Assembly: GCA_030141605.1 (NCBI GenBank)
Contig: JAQGDQ010000588.1
Location: 1-64,000 of the forward strand
From: Tubiluchus corallicola
Taxonomy: Eukaryota > Animalia > Priapulida
Direction: 5' to 3'
Length of the DNA: 64,000 nucleotides
The number at the start of each line of letters is the position of its first letter. Position 1 is the stretch's first letter. Position numbers and translations under genes: made by a program. Positions 26,502 to 38,238 of the stretch are shown here, one piece after another. The notes beneath the pieces are model-generated. The model saw nothing but the letters and a program-made list of their open reading frames with translations, ran no database searches and was not told the DNA's origin.

Positions 26502-29500
26502 CGTAATTTTAATTTTATTTATTATTATCATTATTATTATAAATATCATCATCATCATTATCATCATTTTTATGCGTATTATATCAACCATAATAATATA
26601 CATATTACGAGGTTAAATTCGTTTATAACACGCTCGCCTTATTTCCAAGGGATCAAAAATCAGAGAACTCATGCACTACCGCTGATCTTCTCGAATAGTC
26701 TATGAGTTTGTTGTTTTGCATATAAAAAATCTTGAATTGTTCAATTTATTCGCAAGGGTAGTTCTTGTTGAACGACTTTCATAGGATCACCGCACGCCGG
26801 CAAAGCGTAATGGCTTTAATTCACTTTTAGCCTAATTAAACGTTTAACAGTTTTCGTTTCGCGCCGTTCCTTACTATTATTACGCGCCTGATTCTAATAT
26901 ACTATTATTATATTATGTATAGGAAGTATTATGATATTTTCTATATAAATTAATTTACACTGCCCACTCATTGGTTGAGATACATGTCAGACATTACACA
27001 CCCACTGTGCGAATTATTACTCAATCAATACTTTTAAGTCAAGCGGGCAACTAAACATTAGTTCAATCCGTAAAGCACACACCCAGCACGCCATGTTTAT
27101 TACTTGTTCTGATCTCATTAAACTAAACCGGGGATCCAATTTGTCGGCGCGTTTGTGCACCATTATCACTTAGGCATGCGATCCGCATTGTGCAGCATTA
27201 GCGTCTCGCTTTACATGGACACCTATTACATTAACCCTTTTTCTGTTTCCATCACGTTAACTTTACACATTTCTACTAAAAGTTTCAAACATTTACATGT
27301 ATTTTTTGTAATGAGCAAAACGAAGACGGTCAGCAAAAGACATTTACAAAAGGCACATCTAATGTGGCTGAGAATGTTGAGAAACCGATAAAATTACACG
27401 CACGAAAACTGGCTGCACAGATTTCGTTCAAGATTTGCTTTAACACCTTATAATAACAAGTGAGCAATCATTGCCTTAATCTTAATTAGTTTAGAACCAT
27501 ATTACAAATGAGAATGGGCTTGTCATGGTTTGCAATTCGATTTTCTGCTTCAAATAAGCCTTTTTTCTATACAGAGATGAGAGACCTTTATGTCTCTAAA
27601 AATTATAACAGAATTGAATACCTGCAACTATAGATAATACGTCTCGATCTCCAACTAAAGTGTCGTCACATTTAACGAAATAAAATAAGAGGAGACATTA
27701 AATCACAGGGTGCAGCAATTCTTTATTCTTTTTGTAACAGTAACTCGATATTTCTGTATTGCCGCTCACCACGCCTCTCGCTTTTCGCTGGCCTGTTGTC
27801 TGCTGGAAAATGAACGCCACCTGGGATTCGTTGCCAAAGTAGCCGACTTCTAGTTATAATAGGAAAATAATTACCTGATTTAGACAAATCAACATAGAAA
27901 ACTAGATTGACTGCGTCGCGGGGTGTTCTTCATCTAAATTTAAATAACCAGAATAAGAGGCCTATACTTGCAGATTGAGTTATCAGAGAGAGCATGCTGC
28001 CATCCATATTTATATTATCTTGTTTCCTTGAACTCCCTCAACAGAAACACAGAAGAGAAATTGTGACAATAGCTTTACAGAAAGATCTACTCAGTACAGA
28101 TGCTCTGAACTACGCAAACATACTTGGTACTCCTTTGACTCAGTAGCAAAATTATGTTGATTAATGTGCACGAATTGACCAAAATTACCGTAGCATACAT
28201 GGCGCCTGAAGTCGTTGAGGTATGTAAAAGAAATAGACTCTGTTCTATCATTTAATTTTATTAAGATTAGTATTATTTTTTAAGAGTCGGATTTAAGACT
28301 GTCCGCTTAATAATCCATTAAATTTTGATCAAAGTTGCAGTGTTGCTGCAAGCCCAAAATTCAGATGTGCTGCATGGATTAAGGCCTGCGTCTGCAACGA
28401 GTTATGCAAATAGATTTCAGGGCAAATTGTCATGCGCCTCTGGAGACTGATCGGTGTTTTCTCGACAAGATGAAACGCAGTCCCGCAGTTACCGTAAGTG
28501 CTTCACTTTGGTGTATATATAAAGCACATTATCAGGCAAAAGTGGATATGATTGTTTTGACATGGCCGGCATTTTTTTAATTATCAAATTAACCAACTTT
28601 TTGTTTTTTTGGCTCAAATTCACAGCATGTGTGATATTTAAATGAGCGGGCCGGGTGAGTTCAACTGCAGAGAAGTAGAAAAAAATTTTGAATGCTGAAT
28701 CAGGGCTTACTACTCCAACAACTGTCCCATAATCAGAATAGCTCAAAAACATATTTATTGAAACACTATTTATATTTCCTAGGCTATTTTCTTTTCCTAT
28801 TGTAAGTTTTTATCTATACAGTGTACTACTTTCTACATTTCTATACAAAATGCCGGTATCAGCTGTTACTCAAAGTAGGGAACTACTTGGGCATGGGACA
28901 TTTTGTGAAACCACAAACAAAAAGGTTATGCTTACTTAACGTACTTACGTTCAAAAAATGTTATAACGCTTGTTTAATTTCACTATACTACAACATTACA
29001 CAATTAGTGCAGTAGAATGCAATGTAGATAACCACAGTGATTATTAAAATATTACACTGCACCAATTTTATTAGTTTGTTGGACAATTATGGCTCTTTGG
29101 TGGTAGAATGCACCCCCATACCATTCTATCATGGCCAAAAATGTGTTAACAACTTTTAATTTATCTTTTTTAATTTTACCACCTTAAATCTTTCCAGTTT
29201 ATGCGATTAATAATGTTTATCATCTTTACTTGAGATCTCTCACTCAAACGGGGTATATATGCACATACTTATTTTGGCTAAAGTAAACGTCTTAGCAATT
29301 GTGTCATTGGTGACCTTTTTACGAGCAACTAATGCCGTCAAGCCAAGGTTACCATGTATGACTAATAATGCAAAATGTTACATAAACTGGTTACCATGGT
29401 AAGCAACGGCTTAGCACTGGTTAGATTTGGAAAATTGCTTGAAGAAATCTTAGCTTTTACTATTACGTGTACTGACGGCAAGTCTTAACGAGCAGTTAAG

Positions 29501-29599
29501 CAGCAGTTGCTATGGTAACGATGTTTATCTTAGCAACTGTATAGTAACAACTGTAGTAAATGGCATTTAATACACTTTCCATGCTCTAGTTGTTATATT

Positions 29600-30960
29600 A
29601 TTGCTAGTTTTTTGCAAACACTTTCTGGAACTTGGCTTATATTTGAATCTAAGAATCTTCTTCTTTGTCACTTTCTTCATATTTGACGTTTAAGCAAATT
29701 TCTTCATCACATCTGCATGACGGCATTCAAGAGAAACCCAAGAGTTTGCAACTGCATTTACTTTTGTAGCCTTCTTTGCAACTGCGAATCACTGCTTCTA
29801 TTGTACTCACTGGAGCTGAGGCATTATTCCTTAAGCCAGATGTCAATGCCCTGAATTGAGCTGTTATCTAATCATTTCCTACTGATGAAGGTAAAACAAT
29901 AATAGGTTTTTGTGGAGCTTTCCATAGATGACATTGAAAATTTGGTTTGTTGATGTGCTCGTGCGCAGCAACATCAATATGTGGTAAACATAATGATTCT
30001 AGTTAAATCATTTTTGACAAACAATTTGTATTGTAGAGCATTCAGGTTGGCCGTATTTATGCCAGACGAAGTTGTAGAAGCTAAGACAAATGAACTTTTA
30101 GAAATGTTTAAAAGGTAGTAAAGATATATTTAAGCGTAGACTAGAACTCAGATATCATTCAGCCGACCTTTGCTCTGATGTTTGACAAATTTAAGCTAAG
30201 ATGTATGAAGTGTTCGAAATGCAAAATAAAGAAAGGTCTCTAACGTTTGCATTTTTGGATGAGTACTGAAATGGTTTGGTTGTACTTAATTTTGTTCAAG
30301 GAGACTAAGATTGGCAACTGCATTTAAACACTTAATGACATATTGCCATATTATAGAGCATTTGAACCTCTCAAGTATTTTAGGTGGTGAAGCGTCTACA
30401 TAGGTTTTGTGAAGATATGGTTACTGTTAAGTTACCATTTAATATAAAGAAGTAATAAATTTATGTAGCAACAGAGATATTGTGGCTACTTTTTATGCAG
30501 TTTGACTTTGCTTGAAACTTCCCAAAAGAACTAAAATTGGTAATCAAATATCTAGAATGTCCTTCCAAGATGACTCAACGCTTAAAGTTGCAAACAAACT
30601 AAGTAGAAGGATTTTTCTTGCATCAGGTCATGAAGAGGCTGACAGCTGAATATCTGTATGTGCATTGCAAATACGTGTACCTTGTGAGCAGCAAACAACG
30701 TCTAATAAATTTACCCAGGAAAAATGGAAAACAAATTGTAATAAGCTCCTGATACAGATGTACTTGTATCACTATCACTAAAGCTCATCAGATGTTGAAG
30801 AGATTTGATGCCATAAAGGTTCGAACACGAATAAAGATTTAAAGCAAAACACAAAAGTGTTGAGGATTTATAGAGATAGATATCTGTCAACTTCTTCTAG
30901 TACTTCTTTCACTGACAGGCTGTAATACCACCATCTACGTCATAAAGAAGAAAAGGCATT
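29600..30960. mobile_element. Rearranged relic of an Academ-type DNA transposon (XPG/PIN-like nuclease + Cys-rich C-terminus)
   Basis: Plus strand: SGHEEADS (about 30623-30646) and PDTDVLVSL (about 30748). Minus strand about 29730-29960: HINKPNFQCHLWKAPQKPIIVLPS and SCKEGYKSKCSCK. Many stops. Confidence 0.6.
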
Positions 30961-31281
30961 TGCAATTTTCTGTAGCAATGTACATTCGTTATTTATTACT
31001 CTTAGGCTGTACAGTGACACAAACTGATCAAATAATTTTTACCAATTATTTGTCACTAGTCGCTAATTATTCCGACTGGTTATATACATTACTGAAGTGA
31101 ATTCTGGACCGGTGCATAAAGGAAATTTAGTAATAATGGGAAGAAAATTTTGTATAGAGTGCAAAAGGACGAAATCGACAAACGAAATAAGAGAAAGTGG
31201 ACTTATGTTATGCGTTATACTTTAGTAAGAGTATTTTCTCTCTGGAACGTGGCAAGATTTTCCCGTCTTTTCTTTTGAAAC

Positions 31282-31282
<1 letters not shown>

Positions 31283-31335
<53 letters not shown>

Positions 31336-31377
31336 TTCTCTCTTCTCTCTCTCGCTCCCCCTCTCTCTCTCGCTCCC

Positions 31378-31408
<31 letters not shown>

Positions 31409-31440
31409 CCTCTCTTTCTCTCTGTCTCTTTCACTATCTC
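31283..31440. repeat. (CT)n microsatellite
   Basis: CT-rich run; explains the SLSL and RERE ORFs. Confidence 0.95.
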
Positions 31441-31504
31441 TTTTCCCTTCTTTTTTTCCGTCCCTCCACTTTGCTTTCTCCTCATCCTTTAGCTGTATCC
31501 TCCA

Positions 31505-31725
31505 TTACTGGCGAACTGTACCACTGGGAAACAGTACCATTAAAGAACTGAATCACTGGTGAATTGCACCACTGGCCAAATATGCAACTGGCAAACTAAA
31601 CTAATACTGTAATAACGTATCAGAGATAGTTTATTGTCAAACTATACCACTGGTGAAGTGTACCACTAGCTAACAGTGCACTGGTGAAGTGTACCATTGG
31701 CAAAGTGTACCGCTAGCGAAATGGG
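31505..31725 (+). repeat. Degenerate minisatellite, about 16-17 bp unit (CACTGGYGAASTGTAC)
   Basis: About 10 imperfect copies of CACTGG(C/T)GAA..GTAC. Confidence 0.7.
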
Positions 31726-32901
31726 TGAATATATTCACAGCTAGTACTGACTAAAATTAAGTAAGCAATCACTGGCAAGAACACACACAACGGCGAAAAC
31801 ACAGGATGGGGTGGTATACATGTGCTAAATACTAAAGCATCATCAGAATCGCTGTCATCCCATCAGAGCTAGTAAAATAAGTATCTTGTTATTGTTCAGC
31901 AGCACTGGAGTGGGCTTTGTGTTTATAGTTTTCACTTTGAGTATACACATATGTAGGAATCACAGGTAGCTAGGTTTTGGGTTTTTCTTGGTGTTTGAAA
32001 CATCTACTTTTTTCACCTACTTGTAATCTACATCTACTTTTGTAACATCTACATTATTTAACATCTACATGTATCTGCATCTAATTTGTGAAACATCTAC
32101 TTTATCTGCTTTGATAAACGAAATTTAAAATTTTCCTTGCAATTCTTATTTGCAAAGATTGAGGTCACATTAATTAAATATTGATCAGCGAAAGTACTTA
32201 TGGCTTATATGGCTATTTCTTTCTATGAGCAATTACTACCTGCTAAATAACTGTTGTCTTTAAAAATATTTGCATTTTTGTATTTTTGCAAATATCTATG
32301 AAAACATAACCAGGTAGTTATTAGTTTTATTATTTAAATAAACTTGTATGTAAATATGAAATATTACTATGTGTATTATCACATGTGTGTTAGCAAATTC
32401 AACTTTTATCATAATTACTTTTAATGTAAAAAAATATTTCCTTGGCTTTTGACACTACTTGATAAACTTTTAATTAACTCACCTTTAACTCATCTTTACA
32501 GCCACCCCCATCATTTTGACTCTTGTTATGGCTTTAATTTTGGTAGCCATTGTATAAGGAATGCAAAACTGTGGGTTGTATCATACTCTCGATCTCTAAA
32601 CAACTTTTTTTGTGGTGCTTAACACTGTAACTACAATAGTTATAACGATTTGATACCTTGTATACACTACATACACATAGAGCAAAAACATTACACTGTA
32701 AATTATTGGGTAACTGGCCTGACAAATGCCTAGCAAGCAGGACCATAAAACGTGGATGTCAGTAAATAACTTGACGACGTTTCCCCTTACAATTATTGCA
32801 TCAGCAATTATTGAAGAATTACTGGCTTTTAAATATGACGTCCTGTATGTATCCATTTTGTGATCTGTTTGACCGGCTGGTGGCGCCACGTTTCCATTAG
32901 C

Positions 32902-33560
32902 TATGTGCCATGGCGGGCGCTATTACACTTTCGCACCGCCTAGCTTTTCCTGGCCTATTGGTTGTTTTCACGCCTGCAGGCCAGAACTTACCTACAGCCG
33001 CCATTAAAAGCTGCACGTGAATAACCGTGTTTACATCACTGTTGCGCAGTCGCTCTCGCGCATTGACGTGTGGCCCTTAACCTGTATTTTTAGTTTCTTC
33101 GCATAATTTATGATTATTAGGGTTGCATCTACGAGAGTTTGTATCGTATCGCGGGTGGGCCTGGAACGGAACAGTTATTTATCATTAATTTTATTTATTA
33201 CTGTAGTATTATTACTATTAGATTATAAAAAAAGTAAAGGTTTTTTCTTTATTTCGTAAATGCGGTGAAGATGAAAGTGTGTCACGTGCTTTTAAGCTAG
33301 GCCCTGATAATGCATAAACTAGTACGAAATTCGTCACGTGACCACACACACAAACAAGATGGCGATACTGTGTCGAACTGTGAATACAGCGTAATTATTG
33401 GTAATTATGCCTAAATAGGATTAAATTACAATTAGATTAGCGGAAACATTCACTGATGACGTAAGAATAATAGAATGATGACTTACGAGCCTAAAAACGC
33501 GTAATAACCTATAAAAAGCTAGGCGGTGCGAAAGTGTAATAGCGCCGCCATGGCGTCATA
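32902..33560. repeat. Approximately 47-bp inverted repeats bracketing a CpG-rich, promoter-like core (MITE-like)
   Basis: The left arm 32902-32948 and right arm 33514-33560 share a perfect 33-bp core GGCGCTATTACACTTTCGCACCGCCTAGCTTTT. No clear TSD. Confidence 0.8.
32950..33410. promoter_or_regulatory. Putative bidirectional promoter with two outward-facing first exons
   Basis: YY1-type GCCGCCATT (about 32997) and AAGATGGCG (about 33356). E-boxes CACGTG near 33015 and 33283, palindromic GTCACGTGAC at 33333. Minus-strand ATGGCGGCTGTAG|GTAAGT (33004-32992) and plus-strand donor-like TG|GTAATT (33401). Confidence 0.5.
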
Positions 33561-34679
33561 CAGTTGGTATTTCGATAGAAAATATTCTAATTTTATTTAT
33601 TATCAGCTATTTAATACACTGTTATAAGTTTTCGTCACTGTTTGATTTTCGAATATTGTCATTGGTTTTTCGAAATTTCGTTCATTTCATTCCTGTATTA
33701 TTGTAAATGCATAAAATTTCGTTTGTGTATTGTGTACCAAACACTGGTAGGGATATGTACGTTGCTTGCAAATTATAAAAAGCTCCCAAGCCATCGTGCG
33801 GCAACATAATCTGAAAACTATTAGAGTAGTTATGTTGACAGTAAGAAATACTATTTAAAAATAGTAAATTAGTTCATCACAAGCCAGAAGCTAAACGACA
33901 TTAGACTGTAGAGTTGATAATTTGTCGCATATCTATGTCAAAATTCGATCTATCACCCATGTATATGTACCAACAACCAAGAATATCTGATGAGTAGTAA
34001 AAGCAAGAAAATAAAATACTGGAGCTAATTTTATTTACATGTACCAGTATTAGGTGCCGACTAATGTTTAACGAAAGGTCGAGTTTTCTGGGAAATTAGG
34101 GTTATTTCGATGTTCTCAAAATTGTTAGAAGAAATTAGTAATAAAAGTGTAGTAAATGCATCGTAAATTGTGTAATTAGTAACATCGCTTTACAGTCACG
34201 TCCATTTCTCAGTTCGGTGTTCCTATTTTGAATGCCCATTCCTCCTCCAATGATGTCATTCATTGGCTGAAGAAATCAGTGCACTGTCAAAAGTACAACA
34301 AATTTTTCCAAAAAATGAGATAGCTAATTTTGTGATATTTCTGCATGAACCTTGGGTAAGCTGAAGAAATCTGAATTAGTTTAATCAGCTTGTGCTTACT
34401 GAATTACAAAAAATCACAAACTCCACAAGTTATCTCATAATTTTCAAGTGAATGGCGGCTACTATCATGCCTGAAATTGTCTACACAGCAGTAGTAGAAA
34501 TTAACTCCATACTTTATAGACTGTTTTTTGCAAATTTTTTTTGTTATATTTTTTTAAGTTTAAGTGATAACGGTAAAATTAACCCGATAATGTAAGTCAA
34601 CGTGTCTTTTTCTTTAATCCAATATACCAGTGGAATTAGCATAAATGGAATTGTTATAAGTTTAGTTTTTACAGAAAAA

Positions 34680-36433
34680 ATGGAAAAGCCAGAAGAATTT
34701 ACGGCCAGCAAACTGAGTGAAGGGGACCTTATAAAGGAAAAAGATAGTCAAATAAAAACATTAGATGAACTTAAGGAAGAGTTGTCAAGCATGATCAGCG
34801 ATATGAATAAAGCCTCATGTAAGGACATGTTATGAATCATATTGGCTAGTATGCTAATACAGTCTTTGCACTATTCATTTCTGGTTGAGTAATAATTATA
34901 AGCTTTATTAAAGTAAATAATTATTTTATGCACAATGTTAACACAGGAATCCATAATGTTCCAAATTTTTTTTAAACATAATGTTTTGGAAAATAGAAGC
35001 AAACTGTTAGAATAATATTTTATGTTACATAAATTATGTACTATAGCTAAAGCCACTGACTCCAAATATGGTCTGTGTTAGGTTGTAGTAAATAAATTAA
35101 GTTGCAACAACAAGAATTACACCAGAATTACATAACTGCTAACTTTGTAAGACATTCTTATCTTTTGCAATAACTCGATAATGACTGGTATTTGAAAATT
35201 ACTGATACAACGCACAAAAATAATAATTAAAAAAGCACATTGCATGAAGAAATTCCCAGAATTTCTCAGTTGTAAGCCTGATTACAAAGGCTTCATCTAC
35301 TGTCTTCTGTTTGCTTGGTTCTATTCATCTCTCTTCAAATTTATGCTAGTATTATGCTTGTGCTCCATGTTGTGACAAAATGTTCAGTTACTCCTTATTT
35401 GAATCATTTCCTGGTTTTCCTTCTTGATTAGCTAATGTAGCTATTCTGTTAATTAAGTTATGTATAATAACTGGTTAACTGCCCACCAGTTGGGTATACC
35501 AACTGGTGGGCAGTTAACCAGTTAGGAAGGCAGTTTTCCAAAATGCTTTGTGACTCGAAAAATTTTAGCCAACATCACTCATGTCCATTGACTAGTCATT
35601 ATGATTGTATTAGAGTAATCTGCAAGTAGAAGTGAAATTCCTACATTAAGAGAACTTAAAACATATTCTATTGTTCTATCAATGTTTTTTACAAAGCAGC
35701 TGTTGAGTAATTTCTGTCAGTTTGCAAATCCACCAGGTGTTTGTTTTTAACTTATAATCAGGCTGCATAAGATTATGGATATCCATAAAATAAGACCAAA
35801 AATTCATAAAATAAAATTTGAAAAATCCATAAAATAAGAAATGCATAAAATAAAAAAAATATTTTTTTGTGATTTTTTGTACAAAATAAGGCAATCAAAA
35901 TTCAATACAGGCATTGGATCGCAAACTTCAGCCTAGAGGGCATTCTACATTCGTACCAAATAGATGAATTATTTGAACTGTAGTGATGAATTACAAGTCA
36001 TAAAATTTGATTAAATTTGAAGCGATATGAAACCGATAAAATTAAAACGAAACTGATAAAATTAAAACTAAGTCCAGCGTGTTTAAAAACATGTTTCAAG
36101 CACTGCTGTTTTTACTTTTTAATTGATTTCCCCCTAGGAATCTCGTTCCAGATATAGTCTATTTCTTATTTTATTGATATCCATAAAATAAAATTTCAAA
36201 AATCCAAAAAATAAGCTATTTTATTTATTTTATACATATCCATAATCTTATGCACCCTGCTTATAATACTCATTTGTTTTTGTTTATAATCAGTACAGTG
36301 CCGCCTGATGCAGCTAGACCTTGTAACAGAATTTGATCCTGAGATCACTCATATAGTGAAAAAGACCACAATAAACTGTGAAAGCTGTGCAAGGGCAATT
36401 GACTCTGTAGAAAAGGAGAAGATCGGAAAGTGA
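34680..36433 (+). CDS. SYCE3: SYCE3-like synaptonemal complex central element protein, 92 aa; exons 34680-34818 and 36294-36433
   Basis: Acceptor TTTTACAG at 34674, phase-1 donor T|GTAAGG, acceptor ATCAG|TA. Spliced product MEKPEEFTASKLSEGDLIKEKDSQIKTLDELKEELSSMISDMNKAS-LQCRLMQLDLVTEFDPEITHIVKKTTINCESCARAIDSVEKEKIGK* shows the SYCE3 pattern L..L...L......M.K.S.Q...M..D.V....P. Confidence 0.72.
35468..35524. repeat. 57-bp hairpin/palindrome with 26-bp perfect arms
   Basis: TAACTGGTTAACTGCCCACCAGTTGG-GTATA-CCAACTGGTGGGCAGTTAACCAGTTA. Confidence 0.95.
35759..36259. mobile_element. hAT-type MITE in the SYCE3-like intron
   Basis: TIRs CAGGCTGCATAAGATTATGGATAT / ATATCCATAATCTTATGCACCCTG; perfect 8-bp TSD CTTATAAT; ATAAAATAA subterminal repeats. 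Confidence 0.92.
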
Positions 36434-38238
36434 ATTTTACATGCAAATGTGCCAGCTTATATGTTGTTATCAAGTTTTATCCAGAAGATTACTTTTTTCG
36501 TTCTTCATTTATTAACAGTTATTTCAATATTGTCTATATATTTGCTTATTTTATAATTTATGCATAATATATTTAATATTTCTTTTTATGTTTACATTAC
36601 TAATGTTAGCTTAGTTAAATTTTATTTATTTGAAGTGGATTTTTAGAACAGACTACATCTGATGCACCTATGTGCAATGCAAGTTCAAAGTACAATTTAA
36701 TGTGATAATGAAATGTTAGTATGCATCACAACTAATCTAACATTTCATTTGCTAAAACCGCTAGTTAAATTACAACCCAGCAATAATGCTTGAGCTTGTA
36801 TACATGGTTGTTACAAGGTAATTCACAAAGACAACATTTAAAATTAATAGCAACAGTATTACTGTAATAAGAAGACATTTACAAAGCAAGTTCGCTGATT
36901 AATCATTTAAATAATAAAATATCTAATATACTGTAAGGTGGAAGTTTGATATAATAAATTGTTGCAAAAAATTCTGAAGAATATTGCAAGGTTGATGGCG
37001 AGTTTTGAATTTTACAAACATGTTTCTGTATAATACTGCTGGAATTTTGTGAAGATTTCAGTGTTACAGTCTTCTGGTTGAGTAGGTTATTTACCTAATA
37101 ATGCCGCACTGGCTCTGTCGTATTTCACACCTTGAAAAAAGTAATAGTAAAACTCTATAAAATCACATTCTTGGAAGTGGTGCTGACAAGCCACTGCCAT
37201 AGCAGTGTCTAGCTTTTTGCTGAATTATTACTGTGTTTACCTCTCTTGAGGGCATCTCTTATTTGAGTTCTGCCTGCTCATTGTCTACAATAGATGTTGT
37301 GGGCATTATGATGATGATAAAATCACCACAGCTGCATTTAAGGCTGTCAATAACGTTTCTAATAAAAAGATCTTTCACCTAAGGAAAATTCGTAATGCAT
37401 CTGTTAGTAAATGTATTAATTATATTGGCCATATTATTATTGTATTGAGAACATAATTATTTTGATGGAAAAATTCCATGAGGCAATTATTTTGTTTATA
37501 TGACTTTAGCTTTTGTCTATTGGCAATCACATTTGGGCATCTTTTGTTCAATCTCAACATAATTTCTCAGAAAGTCCCATGTAAGGTTTTTAGTGGACGT
37601 ACAGTCTCTTGCAAACAGCAAACAATTTGAAAAGTGAAGTTAACTCGGTTTGGTTATATAGGTGACAATAACTACAAAACATCTTAAATTAAAGTTAATA
37701 ATATTAATCATATTATAGCACAAAAGTGAATCTATCCTATAATAAAATAATGTGCTTTTCTTTTTAACAAAGTTGTTGCCAAATTATTTTAGCCTATTTG
37801 CAAGTCTTCGGCCCTTATGTTCAGATCACAAATAAATTAACAGTTGTGTTCAATTATAGAAAACTCCATGTCTTCAACTTAATCAACCATGTTTACCTAA
37901 TTTATCTACTGTTCTGTACTTTTGTAAAAAGAATAAGGGTGCTGACTTGGACTTCTTTTCTACCTCAGTTATCTCCCTGAATTCACTACTTCGTGTAATT
38001 TTTACTTTGCTGTTTCTGTTTCAATACATTTACTTTGTAATTTTGTGTAGTTGAATTTGCTCTGGAATGCTAAAATTAAATTTAATGACTAATAAGACAA
38101 ATATGAGAAAATCGAGAATAATATGATTTGAAACCACAGAGCAGAGAACTGATTAGCGATGCACGTTGTCGATCGACATCATTAGTAAACTCTGAACCGT
38201 GCGTCGTTCAGACTTTTATGTAATCAGTTTTTTTGTTA

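Noticed and set aside
26900-27950. Possible Crypton-like or other non-autonomous repeat
   Set aside because: No paired termini or TSD could be established by eye.
28187-28225. TVAYMAPEVVE followed by GTATGT looks like a kinase subdomain VIII exon end
   Set aside because: No preceding G-T or DFG motif, an in-frame stop shortly upstream, and no other kinase exons nearby; probably chance or an unrecognisable fragment.
31197-31562. SLSL- and RERE-rich ORFs
   Set aside because: Translations of a (CT)n microsatellite.
31505-31725. Regularly spaced short repeats that could suggest a CRISPR-like array (also 8490-8845)
   Set aside because: Units are adjacent and degenerate with no unique spacers, the context is eukaryotic, and there are no cas genes.
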